From positions 790 to 64,789 of the forward strand of contig JANLFV010000005.1 in the NCBI GenBank assembly GCA_024653345.1: a stretch of DNA of 64,000 nucleotides, in the 5' to 3' direction. The notes under the pieces were generated by a model. That model did not search any database and was not told the origin of the DNA. It saw only the letters and a list, made by a program, of their open reading frames with translations. The translations under genes were made by a program, and so were the position numbers. Positions within the stretch are counted from its first letter, which is position 1; each line of letters starts with the position of its first letter. This stretch comes from Candidatus Acetothermia bacterium (GTDB lineage: Bacteria > Bipolaricaulota > Bipolaricaulia > RBG-16-55-9 > JANLFV01). Below, in pieces: positions 63,602 to 64,000 of this stretch.

Positions 63602-64000
63602 CTAGAGCCCCTTCTCCATCAGGTGCCAGTCGTAGTGGAACTTATTGTCCCGCAGGGCACAGGCGACCTTGAAGCCGTGCCTCTCGTAGAAGGCCCGGGC
63701 TTGGTATTCGGCCGTCTCCAGCGTCAGCTTATGGCACCCCTCGGCCCGGCAGAGCCGCTCGAACTCCCGGAGCAAGCGGGAGCCGAGCCCCCTCCCGCGG
63801 CATTCCTTGGCCACGAGGAGCTGGTCGAGGTGCCCGACCCCGCCGACGAGGTGAAAGGCCGCGAGCCCGACCGGAAGGCCTCCCACCTCAGCTAGGAGAT
63901 AATACCGCCTCGAGTCCCAGGTGACCCCGACCTCGGCGTTGTATCTCTGCCACTCCTTGGCGGCGAACCCCTCTAGCTCTTCTCTGCTCGCGAGGCGGAC
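63602..64000 (-). CDS. GNAT family N-acetyltransferase (5' end beyond window)
   Basis: The frame stays open upstream of the track ORF's start: ...EWQRYNAEVGVTWDSRRYYLLAEVGGLPVG..CRGRGLGSRLL...FYERHGF. The gene start lies past position 64000. Confidence 0.7.
   Translation of the reverse strand, partial: VRLASREELEGFAAKEWQRYNAEVGVTWDSRRYYLLAEVGGLPVGLAAFHLVGGVGHLDQLLVAKECRGRGLGSRLLREFERLCRAEGCHKLTLETAEYQARAFYERHGFKVACALRDNKFHYDWHLMEKGL

Overview
This is a high-GC (roughly two-thirds G+C) bacterial chromosomal segment, almost fully coding, with about 60 supportable genes. I found no rRNA, tRNA, CRISPR array, transposase or integrase. The gene content points to an anaerobic or microaerophilic, probably uncultivated, lineage. 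Markers for that are an archaeal-type ProRS, an alpha2 GlyRS, a lamin-tail-domain surface protein, and many O2-detoxification genes.

Main blocks, in order:
- A lipoprotein S8 protease, a HicBA pair and lemA.
- An 11.5-kb co-directional MoxR / DUF58 / twin BatA_N-VWA (Bat-like) operon. It is extended with membrane proteins, a TPM-domain protein and a Pol-beta nucleotidyltransferase.
- A large LTD-cadherin-PKD-dockerin-like surface protein and a paralogous cohesin-like lipoprotein.
- Housekeeping genes: pckA, mscS, rpsT, secF, recJ, and a membrane-fused WecB/TagA glycosyltransferase.
- A 2.8-kb low-GC island wedged next to mnmE. It carries a PD-(D/E)xK + DUF4357/RAMA-like nuclease, a DUF3800 gene with an in-frame TGA, a DUF3800 5' remnant, and a second HicBA pair whose hicB is frameshifted.
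- yidC-jag-mnmE, then ribE-ribBA-ribH.
- Two oxidative-stress gene clusters. Cluster 1 runs ferritin-like / PerR / flavodiiron / rubrerythrin / bacterioferritin / peroxiredoxin / superoxide reductase / lipA / lpd. Cluster 2 holds a Bcp-nitroreductase fusion, a small Mo-oxidoreductase, a second flavodiiron protein and a DUF438-hemerythrin-PAS sensor.
- Between the two clusters: an iron-sulfur flavoprotein-like FMN reductase (isf), a small membrane protein, deoxynucleoside kinase, tdk and tnaA.
- glyQS, proS, and a GNAT / DUF433 / HAD region with duplicated gene ends.

The most interesting signals are the low-GC candidate defence island, evidence that both HicBA modules behave as inserted cassettes (flanking repeats and gene truncations), and the extended MoxR-VWA operon.

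Many long ORFs in the six-frame track are antisense or alternate-frame shadows typical of GC-rich DNA, and I rejected them. Coordinates I derived by hand (alternative starts, promoters) may be off by a nucleotide or two.
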